Under the pieces are notes generated by a model. The model saw only the letters and a list, made by a program, of their open reading frames with translations, was not told the DNA's origin and did no database searches. DNA of 64,000 nt from contig OZ249436.1 of assembly GCA_965235115.1 (NCBI GenBank), positions 27,716,001 to 27,780,000 on the forward strand, in the 5' to 3' direction. Position numbers and translations under genes: made by a program. Source of the stretch: Laetmonice hystrix (taxonomy: Eukaryota). Numbering within the stretch: position 1 is the first letter of the stretch; each line of letters begins with the position of its first letter. Shown piece by piece: positions 52,700 through 64,000 of the stretch.

Positions 52700-52875
52700 C
52701 AGGCGCGGATCCAGGAATTTTTGCAGGGGGGGGGGCGAAAGATGCGAGCCGCTGGAGAAGGGGGCAAAAAGTCTGGGGCCCTTCCCCGATAACATAGCAA
52801 AAACCTAAGTTGGTACTGAGCAGGGGGGGGGGGGCTGGACCCCCTGGACCACCCCCCCCCCCGGATCCGCGCCTG
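52700..52875. mobile_element. hAT5-like MITE in the last intron of copy 2
   Basis: CAGGCGCGGATCCAG ... CCGGATCCGCGCCTG; 5-bp TSD GGCAA; empty site in copy 1 (~45805); truncated remnant in copy 3 (~61562). Confidence 0.8.
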
Positions 52876-53528
52876 GGCAAATCGGTTTGTCAAATCAGAG
52901 AACGAGGGGCGGATCCATGGGTTTGATAAAGGATTTGATTAAATCAGCACACTGTTTCAAAAAAAAATTCGAGTCGTAATGTAATGTCGTAAACCAACAA
53001 CAACTTCTTGTCGTGTAGTGCAACAGTGTGAAGAAGACAGCCGACCCCGCCACTTGTGAACCTCCACTGTGATACGGTAACTCGGGGAGCACGGGCAGAA
53101 TCGGGAAGACCCACGTCACAGCCGGCCGGAACCTTAGGAAAGACAATATCTGATCAAACCCAGCTATATGGCATTAAATGTAGTATAATACAGCTGGATT
53201 TATTTAGGCTGTATGCTTAGATTCACTCCTGTCTTTTCAGTAACGAGTTTAGAAAAAAGAAAACTAGGAAGGGAGCGCGGAGGCCTTTCAAAGGAAGCAA
53301 TTGTTAATCATGAAGATCAGCAGTGGTCTAAGACCCTAATCAAGTACGGAGGGTGCACAGGCAGCCCTTTGCCCACATTCTTATTCCATTATGGGCTATA
53401 CTTTACCCAGTATTCGGTATTCGGGCTCTACCCCCACTATTCAAAGTGATCTACTCCTGCATGGTATCCTTACCTTAGCCAAACTGCCAGCAGAACCTGC
53501 CCCTTCGTCTCGTACACAGACAGTTTGC

Positions 53529-53794
53529 GGGGCCTCGGGTGGCCGAGTGGTCTAAGGTGTCGGCTCCATCATGACACCTAGGACCATCGCCTCACACCGC
53601 TGCGACCCGGGTTCGATTCCCGGCCTGGGCTGCATGTGTGAAAGGTTTGTCAGTCAGTTCCTTCCCGAAGGTCGGTGGTTTCCTCCGGGTACTCCGGTTT
53701 CCTCCACCAAGAAAAACTGACTTTCATCTCATCTTCACCGCCGTGATATGACCCTGGCTGTTGCAAGGCGTAAAACCCCAAATACCCACCCACC
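53529..53794 (+). mobile_element. tRNA-derived SINE (V-SINE-like core) inserted in a coding exon
   Basis: A box TGGCCGAGTGG, B box GGTTCGATTCC, core GGTTTCCTCCGGGTACTCCGGTTTCCTCC, (CACC)n tail; exact 12-bp TSD CAGACAGTTTGC. Confidence 0.9.
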
Positions 53795-54165
53795 CAGACA
53801 GTTTGCACCGAATTATTGACGATATCTCCTGCCAGGTAGCGCGCAACGTCACACAGGTGAGTGGCCTGTTCTACAATCGGCCCACCACTGCATCGGATGT
53901 CCCACCTTAGAAACAAGAAACACAAAGTTTGGAATACCTCACAATCATACGGGCGGTGGGGGGGGGGGGGACTAATTCTATCAGGTTGCCATAAATTACC
54001 AATAATGATAAACGTGCAGAATAGCAGACCTTCGCAGACCTTCCCGGTAAATTAGCAGAAAAGGAGAAGGGCTTGTTTTGCGTTAGGGCAAGTCTTGACT
54101 GTCAAAAAGAGGCGAAAACCATCGACCTTACCAGTAAGCCGTGTCTCCGTGTTGGTATGCAAAAT

Positions 54166-54932
54166 CCGAGCTCGTCGCCAAAGAGCCGGGATCATTTATG
54201 GAGGAGAAACGAGGGGTTTGCATAGGTATGATATTAGTATAGGTACTCGCACATAATATGTATCTAGGACCCATGTCGTGTGCTCAGTATGTATTGTCAA
54301 GGAAATGTAAACAATAGCTGTACTCCCGTTAACCACCATCTTGGTTCTCGCCTCTCGCGCGGTCTGGGTCGGAAGTGACGAAGGCGACTTGGGAGACGAT
54401 CCGGAGGGTATAAATACAACCGAGCAGAAGAGTCGAGTTCTCTACCTTTGGAAGCTTCGTGGCAATCAGACGGCCCACCTCCGCCCCGACTCCTCCATGT
54501 TTCATGTCGACTTGGGGGAATATTCTGTCTCAACGCCTTTGCCTGGGTTAAATCATGTTTTTATGTAGACCTACTGGGTTTGGCTCGGGGTCAGCATGGC
54601 TGCCCGAGTTCTTTTCTCAGTTTGGTTGGATGGGGATGTATTTGGGTTCCTGGATGTTGTGGGCATTGTCTCCACCTAATAAGGCATTACTATACCTATA
54701 TCTATGTATTTTGGACTATGTATTTCCATATAATGTATTATCGGTTATGTATTATATTACTATAGTATTGTTATGTTATGTTACATATATCAGTTACACC
54801 TTATATAGATTTATCATTTACCATATTATAATGTTTGTAGAGTCCCCCATTGCATGGGGTGATCGACGGGTTACTATGTGAATAAAATGTAACCTACAGC
54901 AAAGCGTTCCCGTTCTCCGAGTTTCACTGCAT
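54166..54932 (+). mobile_element. Unclassified ~770-bp LTR-like insertion in exon 3 of copy 2
   Basis: Absent from copy 1; flanked by AAAAT on both sides; purine tract GGAGGAGAAACGAGGGG near the left end, TATAAA at ~54408, AATAAA at ~54881. Confidence 0.65.
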
Positions 54933-56912
54933 AAAATATAACGCGCGTTGAGAGCCATCTCGTGACCACCGTGCTGGTCAATCAGCTCCTTCATCTTCCT
55001 CACGGCTGCATGATACCTAGGAACGTAGAATTGCAACCGGTGTCACATTTTGAAACTTCCACCATTGTAGAAGTTCCATGTTAATTTGGTACTTTGATTC
55101 CCGGATGGACTGTGTAGGGTTCCCAGTGGATTGACGCCCACTGTGCCGTTCTGAAAGTTCTTTGGTAGACTTTGATACGTGATCAAATTTCGGAAGTTAT
55201 ATCCGTAAAACAAAGTTTTCCTTCCGCGAGGTTAACTCCTTTTAAACTCTGGAGACTATTAGGCAAAATAGTGGTGAATGGGAGTAACTTTTACCACGAG
55301 ATGATGTTTTTAAGTTGCCTCATCCCCCCACAATAATCTTCGATCTCGAATGAAAAATGCATGTTTTCCCACACACCGTGAAAACCAAGGTCTCTTGTCC
55401 CCCATAATAATATGCGGAATTGAAGCACAGAATTGATCCCCGGACCCACACCCATTCTCATAGCGTAAAGTATCAACGTCCATACCCAGTCAGCCATCGC
55501 CACTTCCATAAACAAGGAAGCTTTGGTGGTCGAGCAGCTCAATGGACCCTCCCCCTAGACACATCTTCCGACATATGATTTCTACGGAACATTCCACTCT
55601 TACGGGGTTGTGTCAAAGGGGGTCAAAAGGACGCAGCAGGTTAAACATACCACTAGACCTATATGTGCAACTAACCTGAACATGTAGCCTACGGATACGA
55701 TGACCCCAGTCTCTGCCTGAGCAGACATCATTGCCTCAACATACGCCTTGAAGTTGTCACCCTTGGCCAACGACAGCGGCTTCTCAACGAATACATGGAC
55801 GCCCTTACGGACACATTGTAATTCGAGATCTTTTCCATCTTCCAACGAACCTCTGCATGATTGAGTTTTCCTTGTTAGTATACAAAGAGACGTCAGTATG
55901 ACAGGCTAGCCAGGTCGCCAGCAGCTATAGCCACAGTTATCTAGGCCATATCACAACTGATGGTCATGACAAAGTCGCTGGTAGATAAAGTGCCGCAGCC
56001 CGTATATATAGTGACCCTCTTCCCCTCTTCCCAACCTGAGCTTCTTAACAACGTACTAATAATAAAATCAAATGTGATAAGAAAAATTGCAATCCGTCAA
56101 AGAGGTTTGACCCTCAATACCGAATGCAGTCAATGGTCAATAAGAAACTTGGAAACTTTCTGACCTTACGAACGGAGGTGTGCCGATGATAACCACATCG
56201 GGCCTGCTGTGTTGGAGCAGGTCATTGGTTGAGCTGTACACCTGACAACCCTCATATATCCTAGCATGGACCCCGGCCCTACGTCTGGTTAGTGCCGTGT
56301 GGGCGACTTCCGGCAGAGGGTCGACGATTGCCACTATCTCCACATTGGGTATTTGTTCTAGACGAGAGGCGTGGTCCCAAGGCCCCTCACCGCCTCCAAA
56401 GTTCACCTTCCCGGCGCCTATAAACGCGACACGGAGGCAGCGCTCGGACATCGTCGTCTTCGTCGTCTTACCTCGGAGGCTGCAGTTTGTGAAATGGGAC
56501 TGCGCGGGCAACAGGCGTGAAGTCTTAGGGACAACTGTGTCAAGTGCGTTATTCTTGGGTGATATCCGAGGTCCACAGATATGGTAAAGGTGACTTTGGC
56601 AGTTAAAAACGAGTGGAAAATAAAGGGACTTCTTTTCTGAAGGCTGGAAGGAGTATACCTTTTTAAAAGTATCAACTTTCTGCATTATATGTTATATGAG
56701 GAATATTATTAAACTATATTGAAGAGTGGCGGATCTTTGTCAGTTTGTGTCTCCCTAAAAACAGCCCGCTCCAGCCCGCTGACCAAGGACTTCGCCAAGG
56801 ATAAGACACGTGGCTATGAGTAATTGATTGTCGTGCACCAGAATCACGGGCGCTGCTGAGAGTGACAGTGCTGCCGCCTGCTGGAGACCTCATACATTGC
56901 ATGAGGATTAAA

Positions 56913-57260
56913 GTGAGTGAGTGAGTGAGTAGTTGGTGTTTAACGCCCAGTCAGCAGTATTTCAGCTATTTCAGGGCGAGAACAAGGTAACTAACTCAGT
57001 CGGTGAAATCCATTGGGTGATAATGAGATGATAGGAGGAAACCTGGCATCAGGGCGAACCCCTACTCTTATCGATAGGTGCCAAGGGATCTTTAACGTGC
57101 CCCTCCACATAGACGTATCGTGACACGGCCGGCCTTTGATAAAGCAGTCGGCAGCACTGCTTATGCAGGAAAGTCCGGCGCGGCCGCGGATCGAACCCAG
57201 AACCCTTGGATCAAAGGTCCCGTGCTCTAACCACTGCGCCACCCTGGCCCCCCCCCCCCC
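56913..57260 (-). mobile_element. tRNA-derived SINE, second family
   Basis: Minus strand: A box TGGCGCAGTGG, B box GGTTCGATCC, central GGCACGTTAAAGATCCC, (ACTC)n tail; TSD ATGAG(G/C)ATTAAA (56901-12, 57261-72). Confidence 0.88.
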
Positions 57261-57902
57261 ATGAGCATTAAACGACGACCGAACAGTTTCAGTGAAAACT
57301 GAATAACTGAAGTCTGATCTTGTTTGAATGCATAATAAAGAAACGTAAGTGCCTAACTTTCCATTGCGGAACTATCATCTATACTGTACATGAATAGTGT
57401 TGAATGAATTGTGTAGGGAAATTCTTCTACATCACTGCTGTTTACTTATACACTGAAAACTTTAGGTCGTCAAGGATTCGTCACATGCTTGTCAAAGTAA
57501 CAAATTTAGCCTCGTCAAGGACACTGACACACTATTGACAAGGTCATTGTCACAAACTCGTCATAAAGTGCGTTTTAACTGCTTATAGAATGTCGCTTAC
57601 TTGACACGTGTTTTACACTTTCGTAACGGATGCCGACAGGAGTTAGGACACAAAAGAAGGTAAGCACTGCTTGCAGTAATCTAAATAATCTGGTATATAA
57701 ATGGTGTTATATTGTGTCAGATTATCTGTATATCGTAGCAGAATGTTCTTTAGACTTGGGTGGGATGTTAATTTTTGTAAAGAATAGAAGGATGCCCCTA
57801 AAATTTATTGATTGAAAATAGGCCTCTTGCAAAAAAACCCGACAGTAGAGGCCTTTGTCTGGTATGACAGTTTTGGCGGGACGGAATAGGGGGAGGGCCT
57901 AA

Positions 57903-59907
57903 AGTGGTGTTTCCATTAACGCAGCTGCGGCGCGGCTGCGGCCCGGCGGGCACGGGTACGGCTGATATGGCACGTCGTTGTTTTTAAAGATCATATTCCA
58001 AGCTTTTCTCATTATTTTAGGGTTTTCAGCATGCTGGCGATTAGGTATCCATGTATTATTACTGTTTTATCAGTTGCAAGCTCGGATAAATTGTTTTTAT
58101 GTGATTTCTGAAAATATAACGCGTTCCGAAGAGGCCCGCATCGCAGCTGATTTTCACATGTACACCGCAATGTGGCAGTGTGACGTCAAAAGTGCCTGGG
58201 CTTGTTGTTGGAGCTGGAAACACACCCTGACACAGCTCGGAAAATGTCGAGTAACGATGAGACAGGCCTAGACGGTACGGTTGATCTGAGCTTACATCTT
58301 CAGGGATATATGTATGGGCCAGGTAGGCCCCACAATCATGTACAAGAAGAGAACAATTTTTCTGAATCGAGTCATTCGACTGAGGACTCGACTGAAGAAG
58401 AGCCAGCACCCGATGCCCAAGCAGAAGATGCTGGGTCGGAGCTCGGGGAAGCTGGTGTCTCGGCTGCTGCTATAAAGGCAGAGTAACCATAGAGGACTAC
58501 CAACTGTATTTCGATTATCTTGGATACTACAGGTTATTCTATAAGCTAGTCTAGTGCTTTTATCAGGTCTACGAGTACCAGGGAATCTCCCCTGGGACAG
58601 GGACGGGTGTGACACACTGACCCCGCCGAGGGCTCAGCAGGCAGCAGTGACTGCTCGGTCCCCCGCTGACTGCTCCGTCCCACTACACACACAGGTGGTA
58701 CGGGTGCCCTTCCCGGGCAGAAAACATGGGTGCATCCGCGCGGTATTTAATTCTAATATACATCAACAAATAACATTCCATCCTCATAATATGTTTACTG
58801 GTATGTAGTTTTCGGGGCCCTGCCTAAATAATTTACTATTGACCAGGCAAACGCCATGCAACCTGACAGACTGCGACAGCTGCATCCTGTATGATGATAA
58901 GCTCTTACCTCGAGATTCTGGCGCTTTTGTTGGGCCAGACTTCGTCTGGGTTTCGGATTCTTCTGTGCAAACGTCAAGATGGTTGGCACAGCATCCTTTT
59001 TCAAGTAGATTTTTTCAGGCTTGAAGCCAACTGACTTTAGAACTTGTGGATCAACTGAGAATGCATCCGCTGGAGTAAGATGTTGGTGTCCATGCCGCAC
59101 GCTTACATTTCTCTATCCACACTTTGCGGAGCTTTGGATCCTCAGGAAATTTGAAAAAAACTTCTTCCAGGGGACGACCTATTGCTGCAGCCAATTGCAG
59201 CACAACAAACCATCGCGGTAAACTCAAAAGTTTGTGGTAGAACGAAAAATAAACGAGGTAAGCGGGTGACAGCCAAGTAGAGCCAAGCATAAAGCCTATA
59301 GAGAACTAACTGATGCCAGGGCGGCTGCTGCTGCTGGTGGCACATTTGACGTCATGACCCAGTTGCAATCTGAAACCCCCCAGATGGAGGTTGGAGGAAT
59401 TTTTATGGCCCTGCTGGGTTATAAAAGTCGCTTTTACAGGAAACTTCTAAATGTAGCCAGACTGAAACAATCGGGGACTGTTACAATCAGGGTCAGAGTT
59501 TATAGTCATCTAGGTTTTAAAAGCTTGGAATATGATCTTTAAAGGTGCGGCCCGGCTGCGTCTCAATGCGGTTGGTATAGAGTCATAGGACAGCCACGTG
59601 CCGAATCGATAAGTTTTTCATTAAGTTTTTGGATATCTTGCTTGCTGATCACGTGAGGCATGGTGCCATCCATTTTTTGAGTGAAGAACATACACGTGAC
59701 CACCTAGGATCAAGGGGATCCCTCATGCGGGTCATCTGCGGCTGTGCTCGAATCGCTCCATGACGCGATCGGGAACAGCCGCATGCGACGCCCGTACGGG
59801 TCCCGTACGGAGATCGCATTAATGGAAACACCTACATTAAAAACAACGACGTGCGATATCAGCCGTACCCGTGCCCGGACCGCAGCCGCGTTAATGGAAA
59901 CACCGCT
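57903..59907. mobile_element. Harbinger-type MITE hosting a nested Kolobok element
   Basis: TIRs AGTGGTGTTTCCATTAACGC / GCGTTAATGGAAACACCGCT, flanks TAA/TCA; empty site in the paralogous block at ~51020. Confidence 0.78.
57988..59538. mobile_element. Kolobok transposon derivative with frameshifted THAP domain
   Basis: Perfect 20-bp TIR AGATCATATTCCAAGCTTTT and TTAA TSD. Minus strand 59213-58909 encodes MVCCAAIGCSNR../FFKFPEDPKLRKVWIEKCKR..WTP../F....LKKDAVPTI across three frames. Confidence 0.85.
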
Positions 59908-60897
59908 TCACACTGATTAGGCCTGGGCTAGGGTTTATGGAATTCTTGGATCCGCACCTGGTTATGGCCTAATGTAGGGAGGGGGGATAATAATCGAGCC
60001 CTCCTCACATTTCAGTTCCATCACCCCTGTTAATAAGTCCCCTGTCTCCTTTTCTTGTAACCAGAACCTTCCCGGTCATTTTTTCTGTTCTTTTAAAGTA
60101 ATCTTCCAGTTTACCAAAAAATTAGATAGCCTCCTCGAATTAACAGGGTCGGCCAAGATAAGTAAGGCCAGTTTCTTTAAATGACATGAAAATTGAAGGT
60201 CCAGAACATATGCCGGTATTAACATTTTACTTGTGTATTTCAGGACTGAGAAAGCCGTGGAAGAACAAGCATGAGCAAATCGTGTGAAAAAAGCTGCAGA
60301 AGATCAGTGAGAGACTGTCGATGTATTGCAGTAAAAAAGAACTATTTCTTCACATCTACTATACAGTTAGTGAACTAATATGGACGTGTTTAACGTGGGA
60401 GGAGGGTTCTTTGATTTTATATTTCATGGAAAAAAAGAGTAGTGTGAGACTGTTGATGATGTCTTAAAGTTAAAAAGACAAACTGGCTATTTTATTAGTT
60501 ATAAAGTATATCCCAGCGTCAAAGCAGTGTATATAGAAAACGTGAAATATAGGCATTTTACTATCTACATCTGTCAAGTTGTTTGTTTTGTCTTAAAAAC
60601 CTTTAAATAGTTTATTTGAATGTTTTTCTTCTCAGTGTGTTGCAGACGTTTTTTTCTTTTCAGACATTGGCATAGATAACAGGTCAATGATTTATGGAGT
60701 GTATCCAGTGTAGTTTTTGACATGGTAGTGTTCTTGACGAGTTTTTGACAAGGTGACGAGTTAAAACTTGTTGTTTTAGGCACCGTCAGATTGACAAGCC
60801 AAAACTTCTAAAAGTCTAAAAAAAACTGGCATATGCTACTCTGATAATCTAGCAATACCATATTTTAACTTGTGTCTGTTTCCAAAGTAAAACCGCT

Positions 60898-63800
60898 CTA
60901 TTTTTCAGCGTTACGGATAGCCCAGGTCATAAAGTAGGTTTTCAAGGCGTCGACGTAACTAGAACCGATGCCACTTCCATCTCTGGTGCGCACGGCCTGT
61001 AAGAAATGTTCCACTTCCGTCATGTACGGGTCGTCATCCGGAAAGGTGAGCACTTCCTCCTCTTCACTCCCCGACCTGCGCACGCGCACGGTACAGGCGC
61101 TCGTGTACGGATCGTCCAGAACCAATCGCATACCGTCCATTATCACCTCAACCTGGGCTTCGTATCTGTTTAAAGGAAGGTCAAACACGGCAATGGTCAG
61201 AAACTTTTGAAGAATACCTCTTTTGTGACCATCGTTTTCCAATATTATATAACAGTCATAAGTCTAAACTAGGTACAACTCTCATCATTTTCTTCCGAAT
61301 AATGATCAAGAAAGCGGGGGAAAGGCGATAGTCTTTTTCAATTCAATGGTAATTGCGTGTATCTGATTTTCCCCGCAAATTTTACAAGGAAATATTTTAA
61401 CATAGAGAAGATATCACGTAGTTTTGTTAAGTGCATGTATCTAGGCCGAACCCTTCTAAAAGTAGTTCACCAAATATTCCACCACGAATTTGAAACTTTA
61501 AGTTCTAGGCCCCTATATATTTGCATAATTTAAAGTAGGCCTGGATATGACCTGTAGGCAACAGGCGCGGATCCAGGAATTTTTCCAGCACACTGTTTCA
61601 AAAAAAAATTCGAGTCGTAATGTAATGTCGTAAACCAACAACTACTTCTTGTCGTGTAGTGCAACAGTGTGAAGAAGACAGCCGACCCCGCCACTTGTGA
61701 ACTTCCACTGTGATACGGTAACTCGGGGAGCACGGGCAGAATCGGGAAGACCCACGTCACAGCCGGCCGGAACCTTAGGAAAGACAATATCTGATCAAAC
61801 CCAGCTATATATGACATTAAATGTAGTATAATACAGCTGCATTTATTTAGGCTGTATGCTTAGATTCACTCCTGTCTTTTCAGTAACGAGTTTAGAAAAA
61901 AGAAAACTAGGAAGGGGGCGCGGAGGCCTTTCAAAGGAAGCAATTGTTAATCATGAAGATCAGCGGTGGTCTAAGACCCTACTCAAGTACGGAGGGTGCA
62001 CAGGCAGCCCTTTGCCCACATTCTTATTCCATTATGGGCCATATACTTTACCCAGTATTCGGTATTCGGGCTCTACCCCCACTATTCAAAGTGATCTACT
62101 CCTGCATGGTATCCTTACCTTAGCCAAACTGCCAGCAGAACCTCCCTTCGTCTCGTACACAGACAGTTTGCACCGAATTATTGACGATATCTCCTGCCAG
62201 GTAGCGCGCAACGTCACACAGGTGAGTGGCCTGTTCTACAATCGGCCCACCACTGCATCGGATGTCCCACCTTAGAAACAAGAAACACAAAGTTTGGAAT
62301 ACCTCACAATCATACGGGCGGTGGGGGGGGGGGGGGACTAATTCTATCAGGTTGCCATAAATTACCAATAATGATAAACGTGCAGAATAGCAGACCTTCG
62401 CAGACCTTCCCGGTAAATTAGCAGAAAAGGAGAAGGGCTTGTTTTGCGTTAGGGCAAGTCTTGACTGTCAAAAAGAGGCGAAAACCATCGACCTTACCAG
62501 TAAGCCGTGTCTCCGTGTTCGTATGCAAAATCCGAGCTCGGCGCCAAAGAGCCGGGATCATTTATGGAGGAGAAACGAGGGGTTTGCGTAGGTATGATAT
62601 TAGTATAGGTACTCGCACATAATATGTATCTAGGACCCATGTCGTGTGCTCAGTATGTATTGTCAAGGAAATGTAAACAATAGCTGTACTCCCGTTAACC
62701 ACCATCTTGGTTCTCGCCTCTCGCGCGGTCTGGGTCGGAAGTGACGAAGGCGACTTGGGAGACGATCCGGAGGGTATAAATACAACCGAGCAGAAGAGTC
62801 GAGTTCTCTACCTTTGGAAGCTTCGTGGCAATCAGACGGCCCACCTCCGCCCCGACTCCTCCATGTTTCATGTCGACTTGGGGGAATATTCTGTCTCAAC
62901 GCCTTTGCCTGGGTTAAATTATGTTTTTATGTAGACCTACTGGGTTTGGCTCGGGGTCAGCATGGCTGCCCGAGTTCTTTTCTCAGTTTGGTTGGATGGG
63001 GATGTATTTGGGTTCCTGGATGTTGTGGGCATTGTCTCCACCTAATAAGGCATTACTATACCTATATCTATGTATTTTGGACTATGTATTTCCATATAAT
63101 GTATTATCGGTTATGTATTATATTACTATAGTATTTTATGTTATGTTACATATATCAGTTACACCTTATATAGATTTATCATTTACCATATTATAATGTT
63201 TGTAGAGTCCCCCATTGCATGGGGTGATCGACGGGTTACTATGTGAATAAAATGTAACCTACAGCAAAGCATTCCCGTTCTCCGAGTTTGACTGCATAAA
63301 ATATAACGCGCGTTGAGAGCCATCACGTGACCACCGTGCTGGTCAATCAGCTCCTTCATCTTCCTCACGGCTGCATGATACCTAGGAACGTAGAATTGCA
63401 ACCGGTGTCACATTTTGAAACTTCCACCATTGTAGAAGTTCCATGTTAATTTGGTACTTTGATTCCCGGATGGACTGTGTAGGGTTCCCAGTGGATTGAC
63501 GCCCACTGTGCCGTTCTGAAAGTTCTTTGGTAGACTTTGATACGTGATCAAATTTCGGAAGTTATATCCGTAAAACAAAGTTTTCCTTCCGCGAGGTTAA
63601 CTCCTTTTAAACTCTGGAGACTATTAGGCAAAATAGTGGTGAATGGGAGTAACTTTTACCACGAGATGATGTTTTTAAGTTGCCTCTTCCCCCCACAATA
63701 ATCTTCGATCTCGAATGAAAAATGCATGTTTTCCCACACACCGTGAAAACCAAGGTCTCTTGTCCCCCATAATAATATGCGGAATTGAAGCACAGAATTG

Positions 63801-64000
63801 ATCCCCGGACCCACACCCATTCTCATAGCGTAAAGTATCAACGTCCATACCCAGTCAGCCATCGCCACTTCCATAAACAAGGAAGCTTTGGTGGTCGAGC
63901 AGCTCAATGGACCCTCCCCCTAGACACATCTTCCGACATATGATTTCTACGGAACATTCCACTCTTACGGGGTTGTGTCAAAGGGGGTCAAAAGGACGCA
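60898..64000 (-). pseudogene. Gfo/Idh/MocA oxidoreductase copy 3 (exons 3-6 in window), disrupted
   Basis: Near-identical to copy 2; shares the exon-3 insertion, lacks the exon-4 SINE, and has a 2-bp deletion in exon 4 (gaacctcccttcg at ~62140 vs gaacctgccccttcg). The 5' exons lie beyond the window. Confidence 0.8.
62532..63297 (+). mobile_element. Second copy of the LTR-like exon-3 insertion
   Basis: Near-identical to 54166-54932, at the same exon position. Confidence 0.65.

Larger units (their letters stand above)
52036..56451 (-). pseudogene. Gfo/Idh/MocA oxidoreductase copy 2, disrupted
   Basis: All six exons are present and very similar to copy 1, but exon 3 is split by a ~770-bp insertion (54166-54932) and exon 4 by a SINE (53529-53794). 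Confidence 0.82.

Noticed and set aside
53529..53630. tRNA genes (also ~57170-57250)
   Set aside because: A and B boxes continue into SINE cores, simple-repeat tails and TSDs, so these are SINE heads.
54166..54932. Insertion rescued as a new intron
   Set aside because: The nearest GT and AG at its ends on the gene strand are weak and do not restore the reading frame.
58909..59213. Host THAP transcription-factor gene
   Set aside because: Frameshifted and enclosed by Kolobok TIRs and TTAA TSD; absent from the paralogous block.

Overview
Intron-rich, repeat-dense animal genomic DNA, probably a marine invertebrate/lophotrochozoan (inferred from gene and transposon content). Hand-splicing gives four apparently intact genes: an ependymin-related secreted protein (+, 5 exons, 7031-10907, with a GC-AG intron), a Cys-loop ligand-gated ion channel subunit lacking the loop-C vicinal cysteines (+, 6 exons, 25856-34259), a stand-alone secreted PAL amidating lyase (-, 9 exons, 36348-43425), and a Gfo/Idh/MocA-type oxidoreductase (-, 6 exons, 45133-49046). 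Two tandem duplicates of the oxidoreductase follow and are disrupted by insertions or a frameshift. The rest is rich in DNA-transposon derivatives (PIF/Harbinger, Kolobok, IS3EU-like, hAT5-like, Tc1/mariner, Crypton-like), two tRNA-derived SINEs and mini/microsatellites. The most unusual observation is a 47-bp minisatellite that repeats the ion-channel exon-1 end and splice donor 13 times, each unit also resembling a branch point/3' splice site/5' splice site junction. No prokaryotic-type system (CRISPR, operon) is supported. All calls come from reading the sequence; no searches were run.
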